Source of the DNA: a virus
Length of the DNA: 64,000 bases
IMG/VR virus record: IMGVR_UViG_3300034980_000576
Span: 1 to 64,000 of that record
Reading direction: 5' to 3' (one strand)
The position numbers and the translations under genes are program-made. Under the pieces are notes generated by a model. The model was not told the origin of the DNA. It saw only the letters and a program-made list of their open reading frames with translations, and did not search any database. Shown here piece after piece: positions 35,578-45,508 of this stretch (position 1 is its first letter; each line of letters begins with the position of its first letter).

Positions 35578-36851
35578 TGTCTTTTGATTTCCTAAATCGA
35601 TCAGATTATGTAAACAATGTCGCTTCTTTAGATCTTTTACGTAAATCTATTAAGGAATCAATATCGTTCGACGCGTACGGAAAACGCGATATTTTTCCTG
35701 CCTTGGTTCTCATTCCACCGAAAGCGATGACGGTTACCGAAGCTGCATCTCACGGCGCCCCAACCAAACGTGCAGCATCCCAGCAAGCTAAAGGCACTAA
35801 TTATATCTTTAAAGTTAGAATTCTAGGAAAAAACTCGCCCCATCAATATCTCCCAGATCCTACAGATCCTTCATTTAATATCAATCCAGATGAAAGTACA
35901 TGCTCTCCCCTCACGATTGTAAATTTACATACAACCGTAGTCATGATCCATCAAGGCGGCTTTGGTACGCCAGCTTCACCACCCGCCATGGGAGACATAG
36001 TTGAGATTAGGCTGCAGCGTAACGGTGCCGGCGGAGCTTTAAATATGCAAATTGGAGAATACGTCAAAAAGGTGGCAGGTCAGGGCACCGGCGGCTCTAA
36101 CTTTGATCAGAGCGGCACCTATAGTGTCGTGGGTAATTTTGATTATCTGGATGAATACATGCCAGTGAAGGCTCTGACTGCCACCTACACAGATCCTGGT
36201 GCTACTCCTATTAAAATAACCAACGGAAGTTTATTGAAGGAAGGGATAATAGAGAGCGCCAAAAAGGGCTCTAAACAATACCGCCCCAAAATTCTAAAAA
36301 ACCTCACTCAAGATTACGATAACTTGGCTATGGCATTCGCAAACGCGAACGGCGGCAAGCAGCTGGGCGCTTATGGATATCGTCCCCTCGCGGTACAAAT
36401 CTCCCTCTCTAAAAATCCAGAGAAGGCAGGACTTGCTGCCGAGCCTGGCACGTCTAATCACGGCTGGGGTACTGCGATAGATTTACACTATTATAGCTCG
36501 GCTACATCGTCGACACAGATCAAGCTCGAATTTAATAGCCCTGAATACAAGTGGCTATTAAAAAACGCGCACAAACATGGTTGGGAAAATCCAAGCTGGG
36601 CACTGCAAGGCCGCGGCCGTGAAGAGCCCTGGCACTGGGAATCAACTAAGATGAATAGATTTATAAATCTCGGTGGAAACACGCGCCCACCCCCGGGCGC
36701 GAGTTCGCGCCCACCGCCTGCACCGGAGACGCCCCCGGTAGCAGAATACACATCTGCAGAAGAAGATCTGATGGCTGGCTACGACGCCGACGACGTGTAC
36801 ACATCTGCAGAAGAAGATCTGATGGCTGGCTACGGTGAGTACGAAGATTAA
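35577..36851 (+). CDS. baseplate-hub-like protein with an M15B (VanY-like) D,D-peptidase domain
   Basis: 'YRPLAVQ', 'PGTSNHGWGTAID', 'EPWHWE'; N-part 'PAMGDIVEI' resembles the gp5 OB fold. Confidence 0.75.
   Translation: MSFDFLNRSDYVNNVASLDLLRKSIKESISFDAYGKRDIFPALVLIPPKAMTVTEAASHGAPTKRAASQQAKGTNYIFKVRILGKNSPHQYLPDPTDPSFNINPDESTCSPLTIVNLHTTVVMIHQGGFGTPASPPAMGDIVEIRLQRNGAGGALNMQIGEYVKKVAGQGTGGSNFDQSGTYSVVGNFDYLDEYMPVKALTATYTDPGATPIKITNGSLLKEGIIESAKKGSKQYRPKILKNLTQDYDNLAMAFANANGGKQLGAYGYRPLAVQISLSKNPEKAGLAAEPGTSNHGWGTAIDLHYYSSATSSTQIKLEFNSPEYKWLLKNAHKHGWENPSWALQGRGREEPWHWESTKMNRFINLGGNTRPPPGASSRPPPAPETPPVAEYTSAEEDLMAGYDADDVYTSAEEDLMAGYGEYED
36747..36834 (+). repeat. perfect 37-nt direct repeat (period 51 nt) encoding YTSAEEDLMAGY twice
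   Basis: 36747-36783 identical to 36798-36834. Confidence 0.95.
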
Positions 36852-36937
36852 TTTGCTACTTCTGACTCACAATCAGTCATTTAAACTATACAAAAAACGT
36901 TTTTTTTGATACTTATATAATATAAAAGGGAATATTT

Positions 36938-37921
36938 ATGTCTTTTGATCCAAAGAAGCCTGGATTCGTCCCCTACGGGGCCCTGCTGGGATTTTACACA
37001 CAATTTAAAGAGGCGCCCGACGCCCTACGTCTGGTGCCGTCAGATTCCGGTATTTTCCATACATTAGTTCCGGGAAAACCATTACAATTTAAATGCGCCA
37101 TCGGCGAATCTGTGATTAGCCATGCCGGCTCATACATCACATTAGGCTCAGATCGCCCCGGTACAATTTTTAGTGGCTTCGGCGCCCGCGGCTATCAAAA
37201 TGCCTCCACTATAGACTTGGTTGTGGGCCGCGGCGCTAGCGCCAAGGGCGGCGCCGGCCCAAAAGCCGAGTCGGTTGTATCCAATATGTTCTCCGCAGAT
37301 GCAGCTAGAATCTATATTAGCCAATTGACAAAGATCGATCAAAACTTTGGAATTGCACAAGGGGTACCCGGCACAACGCGCCCTGGAGCCGCAGTTGGAA
37401 TCAAAGCTGATGACGTCAGAATTGTAGCGAGAAATAGCTTCAAGATTTGCACAGGCCGTGGATCAGGTTTCGAAGGGCATGGCACCCGCGGGGAAACAAA
37501 TGCATTTGGCGGCAAGAGTACGATTGCTCCCACTATCGAACTAATCGCAGGAAACTATTCAGAGTCAAAATGGGTTTACGGTGGTTTAAAGAACCCTATC
37601 GAGACGGTGCCTTATTTACAAGCCGCCGTCAAAGGCGAAAATCTCACCAAGGCGCTAACTGAAATGAATGAAATTATGGGAAATATATGGTCAGCTGTAT
37701 ATAATCTAGTCTTGATTCAAGCCGGCTATAACGTCACCAACTCAATCGATCCATGGCGTTCATGGAACGCTGCACAAGGCCCACCCGCGACAGGCGGCAT
37801 AATGAGTTATGCTTTGATGAATTTGTGGGCTACTCGTGTGAAAGGAACGATGTGGGAACAATATTATTTAGTAGAGTCGGGATATCGATATATCAATAGT
37901 CCCAATGTATTTTTAACATAA
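36938..37921 (+). CDS. putative baseplate spike/gp5 C-terminal-like protein
   Basis: Gly-rich beta-strand pattern ('IDLVVGR', 'DAARIYISQ', 'IKADDVRIVAR'); position between peptidase and baseplate genes. Confidence 0.5.
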   Translation: MSFDPKKPGFVPYGALLGFYTQFKEAPDALRLVPSDSGIFHTLVPGKPLQFKCAIGESVISHAGSYITLGSDRPGTIFSGFGARGYQNASTIDLVVGRGASAKGGAGPKAESVVSNMFSADAARIYISQLTKIDQNFGIAQGVPGTTRPGAAVGIKADDVRIVARNSFKICTGRGSGFEGHGTRGETNAFGGKSTIAPTIELIAGNYSESKWVYGGLKNPIETVPYLQAAVKGENLTKALTEMNEIMGNIWSAVYNLVLIQAGYNVTNSIDPWRSWNAAQGPPATGGIMSYALMNLWATRVKGTMWEQYYLVESGYRYINSPNVFLT

Positions 37922-37940
37922 TAAATTAATAGGAAAACAA

Positions 37941-40900
37941 ATGGCAGATTCAAAATTTTTAAGATTCCAAGACGTCGATAACGATGGCTTGATCGATGTT
38001 TGTGATGATTTAATCACCACTCCGGAGACTCCGTGTAAAGGCCCGTGTACTCCAAATCCAGCGGCAATCAACCCACAATGGAAAAATCGGGATATTAATG
38101 AACCATTCCTTAATGAGAAAAAATGCTACTATCAAGTAACAAAAGTTACTCCTCACTCTACAATACAGACAGATGTTGATGTTAACTTTAAAGAGTTTAA
38201 AGAAGAGGCTGTTGATAGTTTATTAAATTTCTACGATAAGGATGATGGTTTCACTTCTAAGGAGAAAGTCCGGAATGCGATGATTTTTGATCGGTATGAC
38301 TTAGATCCGCATCCCAATACGCGCTTAAAATTATTATATTCGGTACCGTTTGACGTTATTTATGAACTCCCGGATGCTGTGCCGGAAGATGAGCCATTCG
38401 AGGACGATGAGCCCGGAACAGTTAAGGTAACATTTAATGCTGCACAGTTGACAACTCAAATCATTCGAGTAAGAACAGGCTTAGGCATGTACGGACGCCT
38501 ATTGAAAGTTTACAGATCTATTGGCGAGGGCAATGCTTACTATAAGGCGAATCGTACGATTTTCAATCTTGATGATTACGGCGACATGGGACTCTGGAGC
38601 GACAGTATTATGAAACAGCTGATGAACGGCCTTGAGGGATTTTTAGACGCTAAAGATTATAGGCTCCCCGGTCAATTTTGGGGTGCATTTAGCAGCGATC
38701 GCTTAGTTACAAAACTCAAGTTTGTGTTCGACGACTACGAATTAAAATCTATGAGAGTCTGGACGGTTGCGTGCGGAAATAAACCCCGCTACTTTGGCAA
38801 AAAGAAGCTGCGCCCACTGCGTGCACAAGGGCCCTGGAAAAACAAAACAGCAGTAGCGTATTTTACTAAGCTACCAGAAATGGCTCGCGCCTTTAATGCG
38901 AGAGTACAAATTCCATGGCAAGACTTTGTTGAAAAGTACACCTACCCAAAAGTATTTTTTGACATAAAAGAAGGCAACACAGAGAAGACAATAGGCTCTT
39001 GTGTGGCTGATGCTCTAGCTGACGAGTTTAAAGAACTCGGACAAGACGTCTTAGACAAGGTGTTCACCATTGGTGATGCTATAGCCTATTTGTGGAGAAA
39101 ATCCATTTGCCGCGACTCCATTAATGAATCCTTGGCAGACGACTTCTTAGCTGGCACTTACCCCGGCGCCGGAACCCCGGATATGACAAAGGCGTTTGGA
39201 ATGGGGAAGGAGCAGGCATTTGGAAATTTATCTAAAGATGATAATGTATTCGTCATGATGTGCATGGCTGTGGCTGCGTCCTCCTCTAACTTGGGCTCAG
39301 TATCGTCGATGATGGGAAACATGTATAAATTCGGGTTCCAGCGCATAAAAATATGCGGGTTGTTCGATCTACTCGGTTCTGTTATCCAGTGTCTCACTGG
39401 CGGCTTAACTCTGGATGAAGCGCTATCAACGATGTTAGAGGCAGCCCTCAAAAATATGGGAATTGAACAGTTTGGAGATCTTTTCAAGGGCTTACCAACA
39501 CACAAACAGCGCGAGCTTGGAGCAATGGTAGAAAAACAACTCAGAGAGGGCAGTTTCTTTTCAAATGAGTCTGTCGCCATTGAAAAACCTTGGGAAAATC
39601 AAGCGGTTATTGACAAAGAGCGCGAAAATATGTCTGAAGATAACTTTGAGGGCATGACACCTACGCCCAACAGCCAAGTGGAAGAACCCAAATATGAAAG
39701 AACTTTGGTGGAGCAAAATGACAAACCCCAGCGCGATACAGTGCCAGTCGATAAAATTATGCAGGCATATATATCAGCATTGCTAGAATATTATAGCGAG
39801 AATCTCTTTGAACTACTCGACGAGTTGAATAAATTCCCGGGCGCCCAAATTATTGCAGCTATCATCGGCTCTTTAGATTGTCCTCATCCTCCCCTCCTCA
39901 ACCCTTCGTTTCCTGATTTCATAAAATCAATTATATTCCCATTCTGCACCAGTATGTCGGAGTTTTCACTCCCTCGTCTTGAAAATCCTCTACAATATTA
40001 TCCCGATTTTGCCGACATTACCGCCTTTATCTGGTACATGGCTAAAAAAATCGTTATAATGATCGTTTGGCAAATTTTGATGATTCTCATGGCTAAAATT
40101 TGTGAATTAATTGGAAATGCCATCTGCAAAGCTCTTGAGGTGACAGGTGCTGTTATCGGGGCCCTCCCTGGCGCCATGGCAGGGACAGCCGATTTGGGGC
40201 AAGTCATTAAAGATACAATCTGTGGGCCAGAAGCTGATGACAAACAAGTAGAGGACACGATCTTAGATCTCATGAGCCAACTCGGACTCGGCTCTGCTGC
40301 GTTTGCTAACCGCGATAGAACACTTCAATTCGGCTTAGATCTTTCTTCATCACTCACAACAGCAGAATTGCAGAATGCGCTTCTTGGAAATCCATCCCCG
40401 ATATTCTTAGAAATAGTGGATCACTTAATTGAGTATGAGTACCCAGAATTCCGAGAGGGTATTCAAAATCGGAATGCTGTAGGGAGGTTCTTCAAGAATA
40501 TTGGTAATCTTATTCCAATAGAAGCCCGTGCAAAACTCGAAGACGCTGCCAACGAAAATATCTGGGACTTAGGCCCCGATGGGGAGGAAGGGGCAAACAT
40601 CGTGGCGGCAAACCCGTCCATGTGTTCTACTCCCGAACAGATCGAACAATTTAAAGCCTTACGTTGTGAATTGTTAGAAGGCAGAGCAACGCCCGAACAA
40701 TGTCATGAAATGTTCTGCGATATGCGTGAAGGAACTTTGGAAGATCTAGCCGACTTATCTGACATTCTTCAAGGTGGCTTGGGTAACCATATTGTGAAGA
40801 ATATGCCACCACTAGTTAGCGAACCCGGATGCGATGACGGGATCTTCCCATGGGAATCCCCCCAGATGGCAGCCTTGGGTGTTCACGCTCTTAGTGGAGA

Positions 40901-43900
40901 TCTTGAGATGCTTAAAATCGATTACGCCAAAGATATGATGGGTAATGGTAATTTTTGGAATAGTGATTCTCAATGGGGATTTATGAATATGATGTTATCA
41001 GACACTCAAGCTTTCGCTCTTACTAGTCACCACGCCAAAACATCAAATGAAAAAGCATATGTAAATTATGCCACAAATCTACCAAATGGCGGCGAAGCCA
41101 CCTCGGGCTTCTTCTCCTTTTTCCAATCGTCTCAAGGGTTTAGTGGGCAGATCGGGCAATATCCCTATTATGTGGGAGAGTGGATGAAGAGACAATTTTT
41201 GAATGCTGGAATGCCGTCGTCCCAGCGGGATAACTTTGTTATCAAGCCTGGATTTTATTCTCTTACGAGCATGGGGAACGATTTGCGCGCTTCCATGCAC
41301 GGCAGCGGCTATGGGTTTAGAAGCTCCAATGGCTCTACCGGTACCAAGAAATATTATGTTGATTTTGAAAAACTGCAGTACAACAACTTTTTTGGCTCCT
41401 TAACACAAGGCATCAACCTATTCATGGTTCCGGACTTTGGTTATAACACCAGTCTTAGAGCCAACATGAACACGGAACAGGTGGAGGTTACTCGTGAAAT
41501 TAGGAAAGGAACCGGCATTAAAGTTAACGGCGGCGACGGATCGCACTCAGGAAAGTCTCTATACTCTCCAGCAGAATTGGGGTGTGACATGGTATTGGAT
41601 TTCCGAGATAACGCCGCCGGCATGCGTCTCGGCGGTAAGGGCTGGATCCCAGCTGACGATAAATGGGACTACATCTCTACCAATGAAGGTGGCAAACCAT
41701 CGGACTGGGCGCCCGGCGGTAAGTGGGGCACCGAATGGTCTTATGGATATGAGATTCAATGTTATTTCAATGACATTCACAAGGACGAAACCGGAAATAC
41801 AAGAAACCGCTTTGATGATAATATCCGGCTTGAGCTTGTTGAAAAAGTTAATTATGGATCCGACCACATGGGCCCATTGGGTAAAGCAATGGAAGACGAG
41901 ATGACGAAAATGGCACCCTTCGATCTTCCGAACTGGATTGAAGGCATACCGATCGTCGGCTGGGCAATTGAGAGCGTGATTAATCTTATATTGATGCCCT
42001 TTACTCAGTTGATTGTGAGAGCCGTTAAGGTGGCAGCACTCCGAGCTAGCGAAGAAGTACACCGCATTAGAGAATTTGAATTCATTTCAGTAGACGATGG
42101 TTTGGATGTCTTCTTCGTCGAACCCGATCCGGAGGATACTCAGCATCCCAAGCTCTCAGATTATCCGGAATTCGCAAGGATTAAAAATCAACTCACACCC
42201 GAATCTCCACCTGTCCTCCTTTTATCCGACATGACAGGATTGAGCAAATCGGAAGCCAAAGCAAGGTATGATTCTACAATGAACTCCATGTTTCAGAAAT
42301 TGGCATATGAGATTGGTGACGCAGAGGACAAGAGCGGCGGTTGGCTTTATGGTGCAGATTATGATTATTTGACGCAAGATGATACTCTCTACGGCGTTAA
42401 AACTGACGCAGGCGAATTTGTTCCTTATTATCTGTCGGGCTACGAAGAAGAAGATATGGTGCTTGGGATAAGCTGGGATCAATATATGAACCCAAAAAAT
42501 CCGAGAGTAATTTATTTGAATCCTGCAATATATGGGGGGAGTTATAGCAAACCTCCCTTACATATTAAACCGCTGCAATATAAAGGTTGGATGGGATTTG
42601 TGCAGGTATTCTTTCCAGAGTCTACTGCTTGTAAACCCCACTCTGTAGATTTGGTGGATTTTGGAGAAATAGAGTCATTTATTCAGGAACATTTCCCGAA
42701 GATGGCAGATGATCCTCGTCTCACTAAAGATCCAGAGTGTGTTAGAGAGGTGCCATTTAAGAGAATTATGACACGCGCCGGGAAGACGGGCATGTACTCC
42801 TTGGTTATGGCAGCCATTAGGGTGTATGCTTCTACTCATCTATTTAAAGCCATGGGAACCTTTTCACAAATTATGCCGAAGTTCCCCGATAATTTTAGTA
42901 GTATTTATTCATCTTATATAGTGGAAAGGATAGAGGAAGATTTCAGAGATGCACCGGACGGCTTTTGGGGATGGGCACAATCATTTAAGGATGATGAATT
43001 CTGGTATGGATTCTTAGAACAGTCTGTTGAATGTTACAATTTCTTGGTAGAGGCCGGCGAGATAGAGATCCCCAAACAGGGCGGGTACCTCCAGAGTGCC
43101 TTTGACACCATCAATGATCTACAAACAGAATACAAATTCCCAATGCGCCCAACCCAGACTCGTAATTATGTTAACTCAGAAGGCGAAGAGAAGAAGCAAC
43201 GAGTGATGGGTTTGTGGGATGCAAAGATAGCCGGCGAGGCTGGATGGTTCCAATCGCTCAAGGGTTATCGTTCAGATGAAAACTTTGAAGCTATTCAATC
43301 TGTTGAAGAGCATGCTAAATTGATTTTACAACAGTTGGTAAATTTTGAACTTACCAAAATGGGCAAAAGGCTCGTGGAAAATATGAGGCAGTACGGATTT
43401 AACCCTCGGATATTTGACTTAGATTATTACGCATTTACGGAGATGAATGCATCTAATAGCGGCGGTGGTGGCGCCCCCGGATCTGTAAACGGTCCGTTAC
43501 ACTTTGCAGGCCCAGAGGCTGTTGATATAATTCAAGCGCTCCCCACACCGGACAATCCAGATCCACGTGGCGAGGGTGTTTCATGGCCCGGCCCGTACTA
43601 TACAAAAGGCGCCGAGTTCCGCGTGGCAATAGACAATGATTCAACTAACGAATTTTCGTATGCTGATGAATATGTTGGATATTACCATGGGCATATCGAT
43701 GAGGAGGGAGATGTTATATATATGGTAGGCGAACAACACACTGGAGACGCCCAAGACGTCCTCACCCCAGTTGATAACTTAGTAGCAGTGGGCACTGAAG
43801 CATATATTGAAGAAAGAGTAAACATCGATGAGATGATGGGAGATTCGAGTCGCAGCGCCTATGAAGCAGCGAGTGACGCAGAAGCAGCGAGAGAAAGACA

Positions 43901-45074
43901 AAGTTCTCCGTATCCAAAAATGAAAACAGAAAAAGTATATATTGGTACTGTTCCGGCACTCGGCGAAACTTCCGGTGGTTCCGAATCGCAACCTTATGCC
44001 ATAGAACAGTATGTATCTGTTAATGGAACTAAAATGACGCCATCAACAGCCAAAGCTACAATAACGGCACAGGACACCAACCTGCGAATATCCGATGTTT
44101 ACCCCGGCACTTTACAATTAGTACATAATGACGCCGGCATTGAAGTTGGTATTAAGGGCAATATAGGAGTTCGCTACGGACTTGCTTTTTATTATATGGA
44201 TGGAATGAAGAAACTAATAACTACCGTGGAAGTTGATTCTCTGGATGTCAAAATCGGACAGTGGAATGTTATGCAACCAAGCAGTAAGTTGTTAATGTGT
44301 TTGCTTAATAAACTAAAAGAAGACGAAAGATATAAGCTAATGACAGATTATATTTTCCCACTTAACAAAGTTACTGCGATTTGGGCAATTTATAATGATT
44401 TCGGCATTATGTCATCTTTGGGAGAAGTTACTTGCGGCTCCGGCGATGACACCATGTGGCTTCCAACGGGTGTAGGCGGCGCCCTGCTCGCCTTGGCGGG
44501 CATAGACGCCGGCGATATTGCAAAACCTAGCGATTGGCTTTCCGGAACCCCATTTACTCAAGTTAAGGTTAAGCCCGGCTCACGCGCATATATTCACCGA
44601 GACGTACTCGAAAAAGAATACGCATGGAGTAGTATGTCAGAAGCAATGAAAGACGCACTAATGCCATTCAGGGTTCCATGGTTCGATGATTCCATCGAAT
44701 ATGAAATAATCTCCTTTGATCAAAGCAAAAGCGGAATAACAGGAAATGAAGGCTGGGCGGCATATACTGATCGCGGAGACGCACCATTAGCCGGCTGGTG
44801 GAGAACGACGTGGGACGAGTGGGATCGAAGACTGTTGAGGAATAGCGCTTACCGGATTAAGAAACTGTTTAAGTCTTATTATTATTCGCGCGATTATCGC
44901 CCGGGCGATGACCTCTTAGGCGATAGTGAGTCACCTTCATTCTTATTTTTGAAGAACCTCAAGGCAGCGATGTTCCCTGTTCCCGGCAAGAGTATGTTGC
45001 CATGGTGGCAGCGTGGAAGACTTCGTAGTAGTCCCTTTAATGCTAAGGGTGAAATGTGCAACGGGAAAGACTAA
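37941..45074 (+). CDS. 2377-aa virion/baseplate-associated protein
   Basis: Long ORF immediately upstream of gp25-like gene; N-terminal DxDxDG motif, Cys-rich. Confidence 0.7.
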   Translation: MADSKFLRFQDVDNDGLIDVCDDLITTPETPCKGPCTPNPAAINPQWKNRDINEPFLNEKKCYYQVTKVTPHSTIQTDVDVNFKEFKEEAVDSLLNFYDKDDGFTSKEKVRNAMIFDRYDLDPHPNTRLKLLYSVPFDVIYELPDAVPEDEPFEDDEPGTVKVTFNAAQLTTQIIRVRTGLGMYGRLLKVYRSIGEGNAYYKANRTIFNLDDYGDMGLWSDSIMKQLMNGLEGFLDAKDYRLPGQFWGAFSSDRLVTKLKFVFDDYELKSMRVWTVACGNKPRYFGKKKLRPLRAQGPWKNKTAVAYFTKLPEMARAFNARVQIPWQDFVEKYTYPKVFFDIKEGNTEKTIGSCVADALADEFKELGQDVLDKVFTIGDAIAYLWRKSICRDSINESLADDFLAGTYPGAGTPDMTKAFGMGKEQAFGNLSKDDNVFVMMCMAVAASSSNLGSVSSMMGNMYKFGFQRIKICGLFDLLGSVIQCLTGGLTLDEALSTMLEAALKNMGIEQFGDLFKGLPTHKQRELGAMVEKQLREGSFFSNESVAIEKPWENQAVIDKERENMSEDNFEGMTPTPNSQVEEPKYERTLVEQNDKPQRDTVPVDKIMQAYISALLEYYSENLFELLDELNKFPGAQIIAAIIGSLDCPHPPLLNPSFPDFIKSIIFPFCTSMSEFSLPRLENPLQYYPDFADITAFIWYMAKKIVIMIVWQILMILMAKICELIGNAICKALEVTGAVIGALPGAMAGTADLGQVIKDTICGPEADDKQVEDTILDLMSQLGLGSAAFANRDRTLQFGLDLSSSLTTAELQNALLGNPSPIFLEIVDHLIEYEYPEFREGIQNRNAVGRFFKNIGNLIPIEARAKLEDAANENIWDLGPDGEEGANIVAANPSMCSTPEQIEQFKALRCELLEGRATPEQCHEMFCDMREGTLEDLADLSDILQGGLGNHIVKNMPPLVSEPGCDDGIFPWESPQMAALGVHALSGDLEMLKIDYAKDMMGNGNFWNSDSQWGFMNMMLSDTQAFALTSHHAKTSNEKAYVNYATNLPNGGEATSGFFSFFQSSQGFSGQIGQYPYYVGEWMKRQFLNAGMPSSQRDNFVIKPGFYSLTSMGNDLRASMHGSGYGFRSSNGSTGTKKYYVDFEKLQYNNFFGSLTQGINLFMVPDFGYNTSLRANMNTEQVEVTREIRKGTGIKVNGGDGSHSGKSLYSPAELGCDMVLDFRDNAAGMRLGGKGWIPADDKWDYISTNEGGKPSDWAPGGKWGTEWSYGYEIQCYFNDIHKDETGNTRNRFDDNIRLELVEKVNYGSDHMGPLGKAMEDEMTKMAPFDLPNWIEGIPIVGWAIESVINLILMPFTQLIVRAVKVAALRASEEVHRIREFEFISVDDGLDVFFVEPDPEDTQHPKLSDYPEFARIKNQLTPESPPVLLLSDMTGLSKSEAKARYDSTMNSMFQKLAYEIGDAEDKSGGWLYGADYDYLTQDDTLYGVKTDAGEFVPYYLSGYEEEDMVLGISWDQYMNPKNPRVIYLNPAIYGGSYSKPPLHIKPLQYKGWMGFVQVFFPESTACKPHSVDLVDFGEIESFIQEHFPKMADDPRLTKDPECVREVPFKRIMTRAGKTGMYSLVMAAIRVYASTHLFKAMGTFSQIMPKFPDNFSSIYSSYIVERIEEDFRDAPDGFWGWAQSFKDDEFWYGFLEQSVECYNFLVEAGEIEIPKQGGYLQSAFDTINDLQTEYKFPMRPTQTRNYVNSEGEEKKQRVMGLWDAKIAGEAGWFQSLKGYRSDENFEAIQSVEEHAKLILQQLVNFELTKMGKRLVENMRQYGFNPRIFDLDYYAFTEMNASNSGGGGAPGSVNGPLHFAGPEAVDIIQALPTPDNPDPRGEGVSWPGPYYTKGAEFRVAIDNDSTNEFSYADEYVGYYHGHIDEEGDVIYMVGEQHTGDAQDVLTPVDNLVAVGTEAYIEERVNIDEMMGDSSRSAYEAASDAEAARERQSSPYPKMKTEKVYIGTVPALGETSGGSESQPYAIEQYVSVNGTKMTPSTAKATITAQDTNLRISDVYPGTLQLVHNDAGIEVGIKGNIGVRYGLAFYYMDGMKKLITTVEVDSLDVKIGQWNVMQPSSKLLMCLLNKLKEDERYKLMTDYIFPLNKVTAIWAIYNDFGIMSSLGEVTCGSGDDTMWLPTGVGGALLALAGIDAGDIAKPSDWLSGTPFTQVKVKPGSRAYIHRDVLEKEYAWSSMSEAMKDALMPFRVPWFDDSIEYEIISFDQSKSGITGNEGWAAYTDRGDAPLAGWWRTTWDEWDRRLLRNSAYRIKKLFKSYYYSRDYRPGDDLLGDSESPSFLFLKNLKAAMFPVPGKSMLPWWQRGRLRSSPFNAKGEMCNGKD

Positions 45075-45103
45075 TATTCTTTATAGCGTAAAAAAACAAT
45101 GAT

Positions 45104-45111
45104 TCTATTTA
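45104..45111 (+). promoter_or_regulatory. candidate late promoter TCTATTTA
   Basis: Intergenic, upstream of gp25-like gene; ACTATTTA also at 45488 before the wedge gene. Confidence 0.45.
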
Positions 45112-45127
45112 TTAATAGGGGAAAAAG

Positions 45128-45496
45128 ATGTCTTCTTTAGCTGTGAAATTACCAATTACTCGCAATACAGCCGACGGCTTTACGATGATTAAGAATTTTA
45201 AGACTCTGATTAATCAGAATCTGAAGATGCTCGTCCTCACGGCACCCGGCGAAAGAATAATGGAACCTGCCTTCGGCGTAGGTGCCAGACAATATTTATT
45301 TCAAAATTTTGGCAATGATGTATATCAAGAAATAGCGGCAAATATCCGGAAACAAGTGAGAGAGTTTATGCCAGCCGTAGGTATACAACAGATAAATTTC
45401 GATGATAGTAACCCAAACGTGCACGTCCTCGGAATAAGAATTGTTTACTCGATACCGGATATTGGAGTAACAGATTTATTAGAATTTACTATTTAA
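45128..45496 (+). CDS. baseplate wedge protein, gp25/GPW-like
   Basis: 'QNLKMLVLTAPGERIMEPAFGVG...LF'. Confidence 0.9.
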   Translation: MSSLAVKLPITRNTADGFTMIKNFKTLINQNLKMLVLTAPGERIMEPAFGVGARQYLFQNFGNDVYQEIAANIRKQVREFMPAVGIQQINFDDSNPNVHVLGIRIVYSIPDIGVTDLLEFTI

Positions 45497-45508
45497 AAGA
45501 GACTTTTT

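Noticed and set aside
36860-36908. Short hairpin and AAAAAACGTTTTTT palindrome as a terminator or operator
   Set aside because: Weak, AT-only stem and single occurrence
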